Below are positions 44,235 to 54,179 of a DNA stretch of 64,000 bases, piece after piece (within the stretch, counting starts at the first letter, position 1; every line of letters starts with the position of its first letter). Below the pieces are notes generated by a model. The model worked only from the letters and a program-made list of their open reading frames with translations, searched no databases and had not been told where the DNA came from. Source of the stretch: a virus (Duplodnaviria; Caudoviricetes); the IMG/VR virus record IMGVR_UViG_3300003320_000620, positions 24,095 to 88,094 of that record; one strand, written 5' to 3'. A program made the position numbers and the translations under genes.

Positions 44235-46499
44235 ATGGACGTAGAAAATTTACCCGTAGGCCCAATCCCTCAAGGCTATGCTACGCCTGAGCAGGCAGCG
44301 CATTCACGTAGACTTGCACAGCTCCTGATGATGGGTTCTGGTCAGGAAAAGAAACCTACGCATCCGCTACAAGCCATTGCTAATCTAACCAATGCCGCAC
44401 TGGGAAATGCGCAGCTTAATGCGACTAACGAGGTTGCCAGGGCTTCTGCCCTGCGTGATGCTTCCCAATTTGAAGTAGGTATGCATGCCCTTGGTGGCGA
44501 TCCGCAAAAATCTGGGGGGCCAGCATCCATTAGAAACAATAATCCAGGGGCTCAGTGGCCAGGGCCAGTAGCATCTCAGTTTGGATCAGTGGGTGCTGAA
44601 GACCTTAAAGGTGGGAATAAGATAGCTGCTTTTGACAGCCCTGTTAAAGGAGGGGCTGCACACTTTGCACTCTTGGCTCAGAAGTACAATGGTATGCCGC
44701 TAGCAGCAGCCATCAATAAGTGGTCTGGTGGTAATTCTTCTGCCCCTTATGCTCAATTTGTTGCTGGCAGAACTGGCCTAGACCCACGGACGCCAATAAC
44801 CCACGAATTGTTGCAAAGCCCAAAGGGAATTCAGCTGGCAAAGGCTATGGCTGATTGGGAAGCTGGTGGGCGTTACCCTATGACTGATCAGCAGTGGAAT
44901 GAAGCCCATAGGCTGGCTTTCGGTGGAGAACAAAATCAAGCTTTAAGTTTTGCTGACGAAGGCGGTGGCCTTTTGGCTGCTGCCAAGGGTGGTGTTGGGG
45001 CGACACCACCCGTTCCTGGTGGGCCAGTAACTCGAGCGCCATTGGAAGCTGGTGGTGAAAATATGCTGCCTTCGAGTGTTGTGCCTCACCGTATCCCAAT
45101 GTCTGGGAATGCGCTGATCAATACTTTAGCCAGTGGTTATCTTGACCCTGCCGTTAAGCAAACCGCCCTTCAACTCTATCTTGAACAAGGCCAGCCGATG
45201 CAAATGGCTGTCCCTGGTGGTACGCTTTCAATTGGAGCAGATGGACGTCAGGTCTTTATTCCTGAAGTTAAGACTGGGCCTCTTGAATCTGAGGGCACTA
45301 AGACCACTCAAGGCTACACCATCCAATGGGACCCCAAAACTAATACCCTGAAACGGGTCATTATGCCGTCGGTAATGGGTGGACAGGCAGGGCCTAGGGC
45401 TGAAGCCCCACAGCCTGCTGAACCTACGACAGCGATGGCCTACGCACCAGAAGAGGACGAAAAAGTTGGCGCTGGTGGTCAGACGCCATTAGGCACACCT
45501 CCGCCTTCAATGATGGCTCAGCTTCCAACTAGCCAGCAGCCTTTAGCTAGTTCGCCAGGGGCTTTAAGCCCTAGCCTGGCTCCAGTAGCGCCGCAACTAC
45601 CAACTGGACAGCAGCCTCTAGCTTCAGAAGGCTTAGATACGATTGGGCAAACGCCTTTAGGTATCCCAGCGCCTTCTTCAGCGCCTCAATCCAGCGTCAT
45701 TTCTCCTGATTTGGTGGAAATGAGGGATTTTGGGTTAGAAACCAATCGTAGGAAGGAGCAGCAACAGCAAGATTTGAAGCAGTTATACTCAAATCTTGAG
45801 AAATCAAATGATGTTGGCATTAGGGCGCAAGCTTCCCTGCCAAATCTTAAATTAGCACGTCAAATGATTGAAGATAAAAACCTCTATCAGGGGATCTTTG
45901 CCCAACCCCACCTTGATTGGAACCGAATCAAGGCGTTGGCGGGAAGCAAAGAAGGTACGCAGGCTGCGATGGTATCGCAAGCATTTGACAAGATCACTTC
46001 CGGTCAGATTGTCAATGATTTGAAGGTCCAGTTGGGTGGTTTGGGTCAGATACGTGTTAAAGAAATGGAGCTTGTGGAGCGTGCCGCTGCAAGCCGTTAT
46101 AACACGAAAGAAGCTAATCGAGCCGTTCTAAACATCATGATCAAGGCAAATGAGCAGGCTGCTGCCCTTTCAGAGCTTACAGCCAATTATTTGTCGGGCT
46201 ACCGGCTCAATGCTAGGGGCGAGCCAATGTTGAGTCGTGATGGTGATCCAATTATTGACGAAAATGCAAAATTCACAACGTCAGGCCTTCAGAAGGCTAA
46301 GCTTGCTTATCTTAAGGCGCACCCACTTCTGACTGAGAAGGAAATTGAGAGTTATCCTAAGCTTTTTGACGAAGACGCTAAGTATCAACCGCTTGAGAAC
46401 CAGAGATCTACAAGGCGTCAGCCTGCACAGAAAGCGGCAGCACCGTGGCAGGGTGGTTCAGGCCCCCTTCCGCAGGGTTGGACGTTGGAGCCTAAGTAA
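44235..46499 (+). CDS. Internal virion protein with lysozyme-like RNNNPG module
   Basis: SIRNNNPG, F.SP..G..A, I.KW, T..QL..AM..WE. Confidence 0.6.
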   Translation: MDVENLPVGPIPQGYATPEQAAHSRRLAQLLMMGSGQEKKPTHPLQAIANLTNAALGNAQLNATNEVARASALRDASQFEVGMHALGGDPQKSGGPASIRNNNPGAQWPGPVASQFGSVGAEDLKGGNKIAAFDSPVKGGAAHFALLAQKYNGMPLAAAINKWSGGNSSAPYAQFVAGRTGLDPRTPITHELLQSPKGIQLAKAMADWEAGGRYPMTDQQWNEAHRLAFGGEQNQALSFADEGGGLLAAAKGGVGATPPVPGGPVTRAPLEAGGENMLPSSVVPHRIPMSGNALINTLASGYLDPAVKQTALQLYLEQGQPMQMAVPGGTLSIGADGRQVFIPEVKTGPLESEGTKTTQGYTIQWDPKTNTLKRVIMPSVMGGQAGPRAEAPQPAEPTTAMAYAPEEDEKVGAGGQTPLGTPPPSMMAQLPTSQQPLASSPGALSPSLAPVAPQLPTGQQPLASEGLDTIGQTPLGIPAPSSAPQSSVISPDLVEMRDFGLETNRRKEQQQQDLKQLYSNLEKSNDVGIRAQASLPNLKLARQMIEDKNLYQGIFAQPHLDWNRIKALAGSKEGTQAAMVSQAFDKITSGQIVNDLKVQLGGLGQIRVKEMELVERAAASRYNTKEANRAVLNIMIKANEQAAALSELTANYLSGYRLNARGEPMLSRDGDPIIDENAKFTTSGLQKAKLAYLKAHPLLTEKEIESYPKLFDEDAKYQPLENQRSTRRQPAQKAAAPWQGGSGPLPQGWTLEPK

Positions 46500-48277
46500 T
46501 GGCTGGCACCCCCGATCCCACTCAGCAACCCTCTTATGAGGAGGGGCAGAGAGCCTTTGGGCCAAACGGTGAGATGGCCGTTTACACCAATGGTAAGTGG
46601 GAAATCAGGAATAGAACTGCTGAGGACATCAAGAGAATTGCTGTTCCTTCAGCAGTACGTGGCACTGCTGGGCTAGTATCTACCCCTCACAGCATTCATG
46701 ACATAGGGACTGGTGTTGCAGATTGGCTGCTCAGCAAAACCCTAGATAAGATTCTTCCACAAGAAATTGTGGATCGTGCTAAAGAAGCACGTGAAAGTGG
46801 GGGTGGTGACTATAAACCTATCATAAAAAGCCCGCTAGAACTTTGGCCCAGCCAAGAAGATGTCATGGGCAAAGTTCGTGATGTGACCGGCAGGGAATTT
46901 AATGAGCAGGCGGAAACCCCGATAGGCTCATTAGCTCAAACAGCCATAGAACTAGCCCCATCTGCTGCTGCAGGTCCTGGTAAGCTAGCACAAAAAGGTC
47001 TCTCTTACCTTGGTTCAGTTGGTGCCTCTGAAGGCGCTGGCCAACTAGCGGCCAACTACGGGCCAGAATATGAAGAAGGAAAGCCAAATTACGAAGGCTG
47101 GGCTCGATTGCTGGGCGCAACAGCAGGGCAATACATACCAGCTATTCTTAGGCGTGGTAGAACACCGTTTCCAGTAACTGATCCACGTCAAGCGGCCAAA
47201 AACAAAGCTCTTGATGCCGCTGGCATAGATCAGCGCTTTGGTCAAAGCGTCGGCCCCCCTGGCAATTTCTGGGATAGGTTAGAGCGTGACAATATTTGGC
47301 ATGCCCGTGGTGGCTTATCACCAGAAGGTCAGCAACAGCAATTCGGTCAATTTGCTCATAAGCAGGCAGATATCAGGGGGCCGGAAGCTGCTCAAGGCGT
47401 GACTTCGCCTACTGAAGTTGCTCAGTCCATGAATAGAACAGGTGGCAGGATTGAGGCTGGCTATAACGCATCTACCCCCACGCCAGATGCTCAATTTAGG
47501 GCCGAACTTAACGCCATTATGGGCAAAGCCCCAACAGGCACACAGAAAGCCCTAAGTAATCGTTTAGCGCCTTTTGTTATGGGGGCTACCCCGAAGGGTG
47601 TTGACGTACGAAAGACGATGAATGAGCTTCAGCGTCAGGCTGATATCGCTGCTGGAAGGAATGATACTCAAACAGCAGCAGCTTTCCGTGGCGCCGGTTC
47701 CGCCCTAAGGGGTGCTGTTGACCGTTCGTTAGTTGGCACCCCTTATGCTGATCTTCCTCGTCTAAGGCAGACGTACACCAATCAGGTTGTGCTGAATAAC
47801 GCCTATCAAGGTGCGACGCCGGGTGCTGTTTTTGCCCCGACACCTAAAGCTGTCTATGACAAGCTAGGCACTGTAAAGAACCCGAAGGCCCAACAAACAG
47901 CGCTTGGCAAAATAGCCGATATTGCTGGTCAACGTGGTGTGGGTGGGCAATATCTTAAGCCTTCTGATGTCTATCAGAGGTTCCTTCATAGTGCTCCATG
48001 GGGTGCCGCTGGCACCATCTTGGGCGGTGGTGGTTCTTACCTGACAACTAACGATTCTGACAAGTCAGGATACCCAATTTTGGGTGCCATTGGTGGCGGC
48101 ATCATCGGTGCTCTTGCGAGAAGCAACCCAATAATGGGCAAACTCCTGCTTAACAGGCACACTCAAAAGTACCTTAAGAACCAGAAATACATGCCTAGTC
48201 CTCTTACGACCCCAAATCATCGGGCAGCTGCTTTGATTGCGGCGGGCTTCCCTAGGCAACCGGAACCGGAGCAATAA
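46499..48277 (+). CDS. Internal virion/ejection protein
   Basis: 592 aa, A/G-rich, last gene before tail fibre. Confidence 0.55.
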   Translation: MAGTPDPTQQPSYEEGQRAFGPNGEMAVYTNGKWEIRNRTAEDIKRIAVPSAVRGTAGLVSTPHSIHDIGTGVADWLLSKTLDKILPQEIVDRAKEARESGGGDYKPIIKSPLELWPSQEDVMGKVRDVTGREFNEQAETPIGSLAQTAIELAPSAAAGPGKLAQKGLSYLGSVGASEGAGQLAANYGPEYEEGKPNYEGWARLLGATAGQYIPAILRRGRTPFPVTDPRQAAKNKALDAAGIDQRFGQSVGPPGNFWDRLERDNIWHARGGLSPEGQQQQFGQFAHKQADIRGPEAAQGVTSPTEVAQSMNRTGGRIEAGYNASTPTPDAQFRAELNAIMGKAPTGTQKALSNRLAPFVMGATPKGVDVRKTMNELQRQADIAAGRNDTQTAAAFRGAGSALRGAVDRSLVGTPYADLPRLRQTYTNQVVLNNAYQGATPGAVFAPTPKAVYDKLGTVKNPKAQQTALGKIADIAGQRGVGGQYLKPSDVYQRFLHSAPWGAAGTILGGGGSYLTTNDSDKSGYPILGAIGGGIIGALARSNPIMGKLLLNRHTQKYLKNQKYMPSPLTTPNHRAAALIAAGFPRQPEPEQ

Positions 48278-49420
48278 ATGCCAAGAAATGGCTCAGGAAC
48301 GTATTCGCTTCCGGTACCGCCGTTTACGCCCGGTACAACTATACTATCTGCTGACGTAAACTCTGACTTTTCAGACATGGCTACTGCCATGACTGGTTCT
48401 ATTGCAGCGGATGGTCAAACTCCCATTACTGGACAGCTTAAAGGGGCTCAAGGCGTCTCGCCAACTTATTCTATAAGCGGCGACTTAAACACTGGTTTTG
48501 GCAGTTCTTCTGCAGACACCGCCTATATTCAATGCGGCGGAACTAACGTTGTTGCATACAGTACGACAGGCGTAACTGTAACCGGTACTCTTACCGTAAG
48601 CAGTACCCTTACAGCTTCTGGAAACGTGACTGTTGCCGGTACTCTTGGGGTAACTGGGAATTTTGCTGTAAATACAAACAAATTCAACGTTACTGCTTCT
48701 TCTGGCAACACTACGATTGCTGGTACGCTTCAGATAACTGGTGCTTTGTCTGGCGTCACAACGCTGGCCATGAATGGCGCGATCTCTGGCTTGACGGCGC
48801 CGACGGTGCAGCAGTTCACGAGCGGCAGCGGCACTTATACGTTGCCCGCCAACTGCAAGCGCGTTCGCGTGCGCATGGTTGGCGGCGGCGGCGGGGGGGC
48901 TGCGCGGGTTACGAATGCTGGCGGCAACGGTGGCACCACGTCGTTCGAGAGTTGGACCGCTGTGGGAGGATCCGGCGCCCCGACTACGACGGCCGGTGGA
49001 AATGGCGGTACTGGAGGCGCGAACGGGACTGGTACTTTAATCGTACGCTGCACAGGCGCTAAGGGCGGTCAGGGCAGCGACGTTTCAAGCTCAAATTCAA
49101 CTGAGTATGCCGGAGGAAATGGGGCTAGTTCGCCTTTCGGAGGGGCCGGCCCTGGCGGACAGGGTGGTGGAGGCGCGGGTGCTGGCCAAGCCGCTGCAGC
49201 AAATACAGGAAGCGGAGGTGGGGGCGCAGGAGGTAGCGGCAATCTCTCTGCTGGGGGCGGCGGTGCTGGCGAGTACGTTGAGTTTTGGATGACCGCTGCG
49301 CAGATTGGCGCAGGCGTGAGCTACGCGGTTGGTGCGGCGGGCACAGCCGGTGCAGCTGGTACAGTGGCTGGTGGGGCCGGCGCTGCAGGCACCATCGTCG
49401 TCGAGGAATTCTATGCCTAA
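48278..49420 (+). CDS. Tail fibre/spike with Gly-rich domain
   Basis: MPRNGSGTYSLP...TI.S..VN.DFSD...S.A.DGQTP anchor; TSGSGTYT.P...VRMVGGGGGG Gly-rich module. Confidence 0.75.
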   Translation: MPRNGSGTYSLPVPPFTPGTTILSADVNSDFSDMATAMTGSIAADGQTPITGQLKGAQGVSPTYSISGDLNTGFGSSSADTAYIQCGGTNVVAYSTTGVTVTGTLTVSSTLTASGNVTVAGTLGVTGNFAVNTNKFNVTASSGNTTIAGTLQITGALSGVTTLAMNGAISGLTAPTVQQFTSGSGTYTLPANCKRVRVRMVGGGGGGAARVTNAGGNGGTTSFESWTAVGGSGAPTTTAGGNGGTGGANGTGTLIVRCTGAKGGQGSDVSSSNSTEYAGGNGASSPFGGAGPGGQGGGGAGAGQAAAANTGSGGGGAGGSGNLSAGGGGAGEYVEFWMTAAQIGAGVSYAVGAAGTAGAAGTVAGGAGAAGTIVVEEFYA

Positions 49421-49431
49421 AGGAACTTAAA

Positions 49432-50076
49432 ATGGCCTTTGATACCTCTACAGGAATCTACTCGGCCCCAACAGGTTCAGAGTCTGCTGCTTCTGGCCTA
49501 GTTATTTCATCTGCTACCTGGAACTCAATTCATACAGATTTTGCCACTGCCTTTGGACAACTGGGACAATCTAATATTGGCGGTCTTTGTGTTCTTTCTG
49601 CAAATTACACGCTTTCTGACGTAAACACAGCACAGAAAGCCTTTAACGCAACTACGAATGGTGCACTAACGGTATCTGCTTCTACCACCTATGCATTTGA
49701 AGCCGTCTATTATATAACGAACACAGGCACCACCTCACACACTTGGTCTACGCTGTTTGGTGGGACTGCTACCTTTACCTCGATAGCTTACACAGCAGAT
49801 GCCTACACAGCGACCGGCAACACACTTACTGCCTTGAGTTCTATCTATGCTACTTCGGCTGCTGCAGTTGCAGTAACTGCAGCTTCTACAAGTGCTACAG
49901 AAAACGTAGTTATCAAATTGAAGGGATTTATGAGGATAAATGGAGCTGGCACCATAATACCTCAAGTAAAACTTAGTGCAGCGACTACTGGTACTGAAAC
50001 GATGCTAGCCAATTCCTATTTTAGGTGCTGGCCTGTTGGGTCGAATACTGTCACAACCGTTGGTGCGTGGAGCTAA
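49432..50076 (+). CDS. Second tail-associated protein with similar N-terminal anchor
   Basis: MAFDTSTGIYSAP...VISSATWNS..TDFA..F; T/A/S-rich. Confidence 0.6.
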   Translation: MAFDTSTGIYSAPTGSESAASGLVISSATWNSIHTDFATAFGQLGQSNIGGLCVLSANYTLSDVNTAQKAFNATTNGALTVSASTTYAFEAVYYITNTGTTSHTWSTLFGGTATFTSIAYTADAYTATGNTLTALSSIYATSAAAVAVTAASTSATENVVIKLKGFMRINGAGTIIPQVKLSAATTGTETMLANSYFRCWPVGSNTVTTVGAWS

Positions 50077-50078
50077 AA

Positions 50079-50471
50079 ATGAAAGTGCTAACAGCGTTGT
50101 TGATTTTCTTAGCAGTTGCGCAGGCCAAGCAAAACGAAGCTTGGGAGGCCAATCCTCCTGAAGTTCGTCAATGGTACAGAAACCTTATGCAGCCTGACAA
50201 CCCATATCAATCGTGCTGTGGCGAAGCAGATGCTTATTGGGCAGACAGCTTCGAGGTAACAAAAGACGGCCTTTATATTGCCATTGTGACCGACCCACGT
50301 GACATACAAGGAAGGCCTACTGTCACTATGGGAACTAAGGTTGTTGTTCCCAACCATAAACTTAAGTATGACGATGGGAACCCGACTGGTCATGGTGTCA
50401 TATTCATGCGCTATGACCCAGAGAACGACTCATACTACGTGCTCTGCTATGTCGTTCCAGGTGGGGTCTAA
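50079..50471 (+). CDS. Secreted Cys-containing hypothetical protein
   Basis: Signal-peptide-like start; SCCGEAD, NPTGH.V.F, LCYVVPG. Confidence 0.6.
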   Translation: MKVLTALLIFLAVAQAKQNEAWEANPPEVRQWYRNLMQPDNPYQSCCGEADAYWADSFEVTKDGLYIAIVTDPRDIQGRPTVTMGTKVVVPNHKLKYDDGNPTGHGVIFMRYDPENDSYYVLCYVVPGGV

Positions 50472-50485
50472 CTTAGGGGACTAAA

Positions 50486-51385
50486 ATGTCATCTTGGCGT
50501 ACTGCCAAATGCCTGAACACGCTGCTGGAACAGGTTAACGCGGCCTACCCAGGCCGCGACAAAAGCTCTGATGGCACAATTGGCGACAATGTTCATGCCA
50601 CACGGCATTCTGAGCACAATCCTGACGAAAATGGTGTAGTGCGTGCAATGGACATAACCAATGACCCAGCCCATGGCCTAAATTCAAGGACACTGGCTGA
50701 AGCGCTTATCAATAGCCGAGATAATCGCATTCTGTATGTAATCTCAAATGCTCAGATTTGCAGCAGCGTTATCTCACCTTGGGTTTGGCGTGCTTATCAC
50801 GGCGAGAATGATCACCGCCACCACATGCACCTTTCTGTGGTGGAAGACCCAAAACTGTACGATGATACCCGGAAATGGGACATTGGACCAAAAATACCTA
50901 CGCCAATAGTAGCAGGCACCCAGACCGGTAAGGGATCCTGGTATTCTCAGTATAAGGGCAGGTACACGTGGGTAGATACTGGCGACGCCCCCGGCTCTGC
51001 CGCCCTTGGCTGTCCTGACGATGCTCAAGGCATCGCTCTTTATTCCAATGAAACCTTGGGCCACTGGTTTGAAGTAACAGCACCTAATGGAGTTACGTCC
51101 ATAGAGCAACAGACGGATATTGGGCCTCACCCAAGGACTGGGCGTAAGATCGACATTTCATCTGCTGCAGCTGAGCGCTTTGGCTACTCACCAAAGAACT
51201 TTCCTACAGATGGAACCTTTAAGTGGTCACCAACAGAAGTACCAAAGGAAGTTGCTGGTTTGAGTGCAAAAGAACAGGCAGCGAAATATCGTGATCTTCG
51301 TAAGATCACCCCGACTCCCCCACCGGCACCGTCAGGTGGCCTTTGGGCATCAGTAAAGAGCCTCTTCGGCAAAATCTTCGGCTAA
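50486..51385 (+). CDS. Endolysin, two-domain (putative)
   Basis: DGTIGD..H..R.S.HNPD...RAMD and H.HH.H.S (Zn-peptidase-like); C-terminal TDIGP....R.IDIS..AA (RlpA/DPBB-like); next to holin and spanins. Confidence 0.65.
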   Translation: MSSWRTAKCLNTLLEQVNAAYPGRDKSSDGTIGDNVHATRHSEHNPDENGVVRAMDITNDPAHGLNSRTLAEALINSRDNRILYVISNAQICSSVISPWVWRAYHGENDHRHHMHLSVVEDPKLYDDTRKWDIGPKIPTPIVAGTQTGKGSWYSQYKGRYTWVDTGDAPGSAALGCPDDAQGIALYSNETLGHWFEVTAPNGVTSIEQQTDIGPHPRTGRKIDISSAAAERFGYSPKNFPTDGTFKWSPTEVPKEVAGLSAKEQAAKYRDLRKITPTPPPAPSGGLWASVKSLFGKIFG

Positions 51386-51399
51386 GAAGGAACAGAAAA

Positions 51400-51624
51400 A
51401 TGTGGGACGTCTTCATCAAGCTAATCGATGCTAACACCCTTGGTGGGTGGGTTCGTTCGCTGGCAGCTACGATATTAGGCATGCTGGCTGCTGGTGGTTG
51501 GGGCGCGTTTCTAACTCCAGACACCCAAACTCTGCTGGCTGGCGTTGCCTCAACTGTTGCAGTTGGCATTTGGTCTGCCATTGCCAAGGCAGTCACTCCA
51601 ACCCCAACTCTGCCTAAGACCTAA
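51400..51624 (+). CDS. Holin (putative)
   Basis: 74 aa with two hydrophobic helices; GGWVRS.A and .VGIWS motifs. Confidence 0.7.
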   Translation: MWDVFIKLIDANTLGGWVRSLAATILGMLAAGGWGAFLTPDTQTLLAGVASTVAVGIWSAIAKAVTPTPTLPKT

Positions 51625-51863
51625 TGGGTTGGATCAGCATAATTCTTGCGCTTCTGCAGCTGGCCAATAAGCTTTTTGATATTGGCCAGCAACAGAAGTG
51701 GATTGGTGAGGGTGAGGAGCAAGCTGCAATGAAAGCGGCGGCTGAGATCTTAAGAAAGAGTCAGTATGCAAAAAAAGCATTGGAAGAGTTTGCTGGCGAG
51801 CCTGACGCCGATCTTGATGACTTCCTGCACAACCTTGAACCCAGAGATCCCAACAGCAAGTGA
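51624..51863 (+). CDS. i-spanin (Rz-like)
   Basis: N-terminal TM segment, helical periplasmic part. Confidence 0.65.
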   Translation: MGWISIILALLQLANKLFDIGQQQKWIGEGEEQAAMKAAAEILRKSQYAKKALEEFAGEPDADLDDFLHNLEPRDPNSK

Positions 51864-52008
51864 TAGCTTTTGCTCTACCTATCAGCGCATAATTCAGGCT
51901 AGGGGCGAGGGCACAATTCAAGCTAGTAGATCGGTAAAAGCCAGAATAGCTGCAAACGAAAAAACCTACGTTTGCATGTGCTTGCCCGAGAAACCAAAAT
52001 TCTGCTGA
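51766..52008 (+). CDS. o-spanin (Rz1-like lipoprotein), overlapping the i-spanin
   Basis: Signal peptide with lipobox-like LMTSC; DSFC..Y...I; shifted-frame overlap. Confidence 0.75.
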   Translation: MQKKHWKSLLASLTPILMTSCTTLNPEIPTASDSFCSTYQRIIQARGEGTIQASRSVKARIAANEKTYVCMCLPEKPKFC

Positions 52009-52331
52009 TGGGACATAAATTGGACTCTGGAATAGTCGCTCTTGTCGTATTTGGCCTTGTTCAAGCTGGTTCGCTCTTGTGGGCTCTGGCGACATTGAAA
52101 GGTGATGCACGAGTGGTAAACGCACAGTTGAGCGCCATGCAAAGGGAAATAGAAGCCCAAGGCCGTGTTTTGGAACGTCAGTCCAAAATGATGGAAGAAA
52201 TTTCTGACCAGAGACGTGAGGTTGCGCTCATTCAGGAACGCCAACTTCTTCAGGGTCGCAGAATAGATGGCATCGAAAGAAGGCTGAATACCTTGACTGA
52301 TAAACCAGATGAAGACCAACAAACCCCTTGA
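52008..52331 (+). CDS. Membrane-anchored coiled-coil protein
   Basis: One TM helix then heptads; last late gene. Confidence 0.6.
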   Translation: MGHKLDSGIVALVVFGLVQAGSLLWALATLKGDARVVNAQLSAMQREIEAQGRVLERQSKMMEEISDQRREVALIQERQLLQGRRIDGIERRLNTLTDKPDEDQQTP

Positions 52332-52356
52332 CACTAGCAGCTTCAATTAGTACTCT
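52328..52356 (+). promoter_or_regulatory. Sigma70-type promoter
   Basis: TTGACA-N17-TACTCT. Confidence 0.65.
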
Positions 52357-52361
52357 TAAAT

Positions 52362-52455
52362 TAGACATGTGAGACTCCTGTCCACTCGTCTTTGATGCTG
52401 TGTTTTCTCCTCCCTTCAAACTTAGCCCCTACTTCGGTAGGGGCTATTTTTATTT
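52362..52455 (+). ncRNA. Candidate ~90-nt sRNA with anti-Shine-Dalgarno motifs
   Basis: Lies between the promoter and the terminator; contains CTCCTG and CTCCTCCC (52407-52414). Confidence 0.4.
52423..52455 (+). terminator. Intrinsic terminator at the convergence of late and replication units
   Basis: TAGCCCCTAC-TTCG-GTAGGGGCTA followed by TTTTTATTT. Confidence 0.9.
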
Positions 52456-54174
52456 CCTAATACTTGATCCATTATGGTCCCTCACCATGGTTATAGTACC
52501 TGCGAATCCACCAAATTCTATGCTGTGGTGGTCAACCAAGAATATGGTCTTTTGACTGGTAGCTGCACGTTCTGCCAACAATTCAGTTAAATCCAATATG
52601 CCTTCCTGGCTCATATGAGCTGACGGTTCATCAAAAGCTTCAAATCTGCTGTTCAACCCAGCACCTTGCATTATCAGGTTGGCTAGACCCAGGTCGCCAG
52701 CCAGACGTAGCCGTTGTGTCTCACCACCACACCAAGCTTCGTACTTGACTGGGCTTTTATGCTCAGGGGTATAGACAAGGACTGTGAAGCCTTTTGTCAC
52801 ACCACCAGATTTGTTCTCACGTTCTACGTCAAACTCAACACGCCAACCACTAAGGCCTAGGCCTGCTAGGTTATTGTTCACTTCTAACTCTAGCTGAAGA
52901 AGTGTTTCCTCAATAATAAACAGCCTTATTCGTTTGAAGCCGCTTATCCAATAGCTTATAGCAACTCGCTTCTTTTCTAATTCCTCAACTTCTAGTTTGA
53001 TTTCAGCAATGTCTGCTTCTGTGTTTTGACAATCTCTTTGGCAGTTTTCAATCATTCCTAGATATGGATTAGTTTTCTTCTCAAGCTCTTTTGTTTGGCT
53101 TGTTAAATATTCCATATCCTTTTTGAACCCAAGAATCCTGTTTTCCAGGAGGCGCACTTCACGCGCAAAATCATCCCTGTTTTGGGTTATGGCCTTTTGA
53201 TCCTTTTCAATGACAGCTGCTTTTTTAGCCTCTGCTTCAGCCTCGGCCAACTCACCTTTTAACCGCGCCTGCTCGGCCTTTAGGTGGCTTTGTGGCACGC
53301 TTTGAAAGCATGTGGGGCATTGTGCCCCTACGTCATTTAGCTTGGCTATAGCCACCCGCAGCGTTGTTATTTTGTGGCTAGCCACAGCTTTATCAGGCTT
53401 CGGCAACGCCGCTAACCGCTGCTCGGCCCCTAAATAGGCCTGCTTAGCTGTCTTAAGGAGCTTTTCTTCCTTTGTCAGCGACACCTTTAAGGCGTCAGCC
53501 TTAGCTTTCAGCTCTTCAAATTCATCTTTCTGCTTTTCATTAAAAGCTTCTGCTTCATCCAGCAGCCTTTTGCCTTCTGCTTTCAGCGATTCAAGCCTGC
53601 CCTGACATTTGGCAAGTAACCGCTCCTTAACGGCCTTTTTGTCATCAAGTTCTTTTGCTTCTTCAGCTGCTTGACGGCTTTTATCTAGCCAAAAATCAAG
53701 TTCCATTATTTCGCTGAAGAGCGAAAGCTTGTTTGCTGGTGAAAGGTCAAAAAAGGAATCGCCGAATTGGGGCAGCATAACGGCATATAGGAATGCCTCT
53801 GACCCTAGCCTTACAGCCTTATTTATGGCATTTTGATCTACTACGGCGCCGTTCAAAACAAGATTGTTTGGGTTCTGTTGCCGTTCAATAATGTGAGTGG
53901 TGTTGCCAACAGTAAGCGACACCACAACAGAACAACCCTTAGCCCCCCAGGTTACTACGTCATTCCCTTTAAGATTCCTGCTTGTCTTACCGTAAATTGC
54001 CCAATAGGCTGCTTCAAGTAAGCTAGATTTACCTACGCCATTGCGGCCTAAACCAGGATTTTTCTTATTCAGGCCTGTAATGCAATACAGGCCGGGTTCA
54101 GTGGGGAACTCAAAAAAGTGTTCCCCACTGAATGACCTGAAATTCTTCAGCGTTATGGAATTAAGCTGGAACAA
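52450..54174 (-). CDS. sbcC: SbcC/Rad50 (T4 gp46-like) ATPase
   Basis: Walker A NGVGKSS, coiled coil with CPTC zinc hook, signature CGGETQR, Walker B FDEP, DH. Confidence 0.92.
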   Translation of the reverse strand: MFQLNSITLKNFRSFSGEHFFEFPTEPGLYCITGLNKKNPGLGRNGVGKSSLLEAAYWAIYGKTSRNLKGNDVVTWGAKGCSVVVSLTVGNTTHIIERQQNPNNLVLNGAVVDQNAINKAVRLGSEAFLYAVMLPQFGDSFFDLSPANKLSLFSEIMELDFWLDKSRQAAEEAKELDDKKAVKERLLAKCQGRLESLKAEGKRLLDEAEAFNEKQKDEFEELKAKADALKVSLTKEEKLLKTAKQAYLGAEQRLAALPKPDKAVASHKITTLRVAIAKLNDVGAQCPTCFQSVPQSHLKAEQARLKGELAEAEAEAKKAAVIEKDQKAITQNRDDFAREVRLLENRILGFKKDMEYLTSQTKELEKKTNPYLGMIENCQRDCQNTEADIAEIKLEVEELEKKRVAISYWISGFKRIRLFIIEETLLQLELEVNNNLAGLGLSGWRVEFDVERENKSGGVTKGFTVLVYTPEHKSPVKYEAWCGGETQRLRLAGDLGLANLIMQGAGLNSRFEAFDEPSAHMSQEGILDLTELLAERAATSQKTIFLVDHHSIEFGGFAGTITMVRDHNGSSIRK

Positions 54175-54179
54175 CAGAC

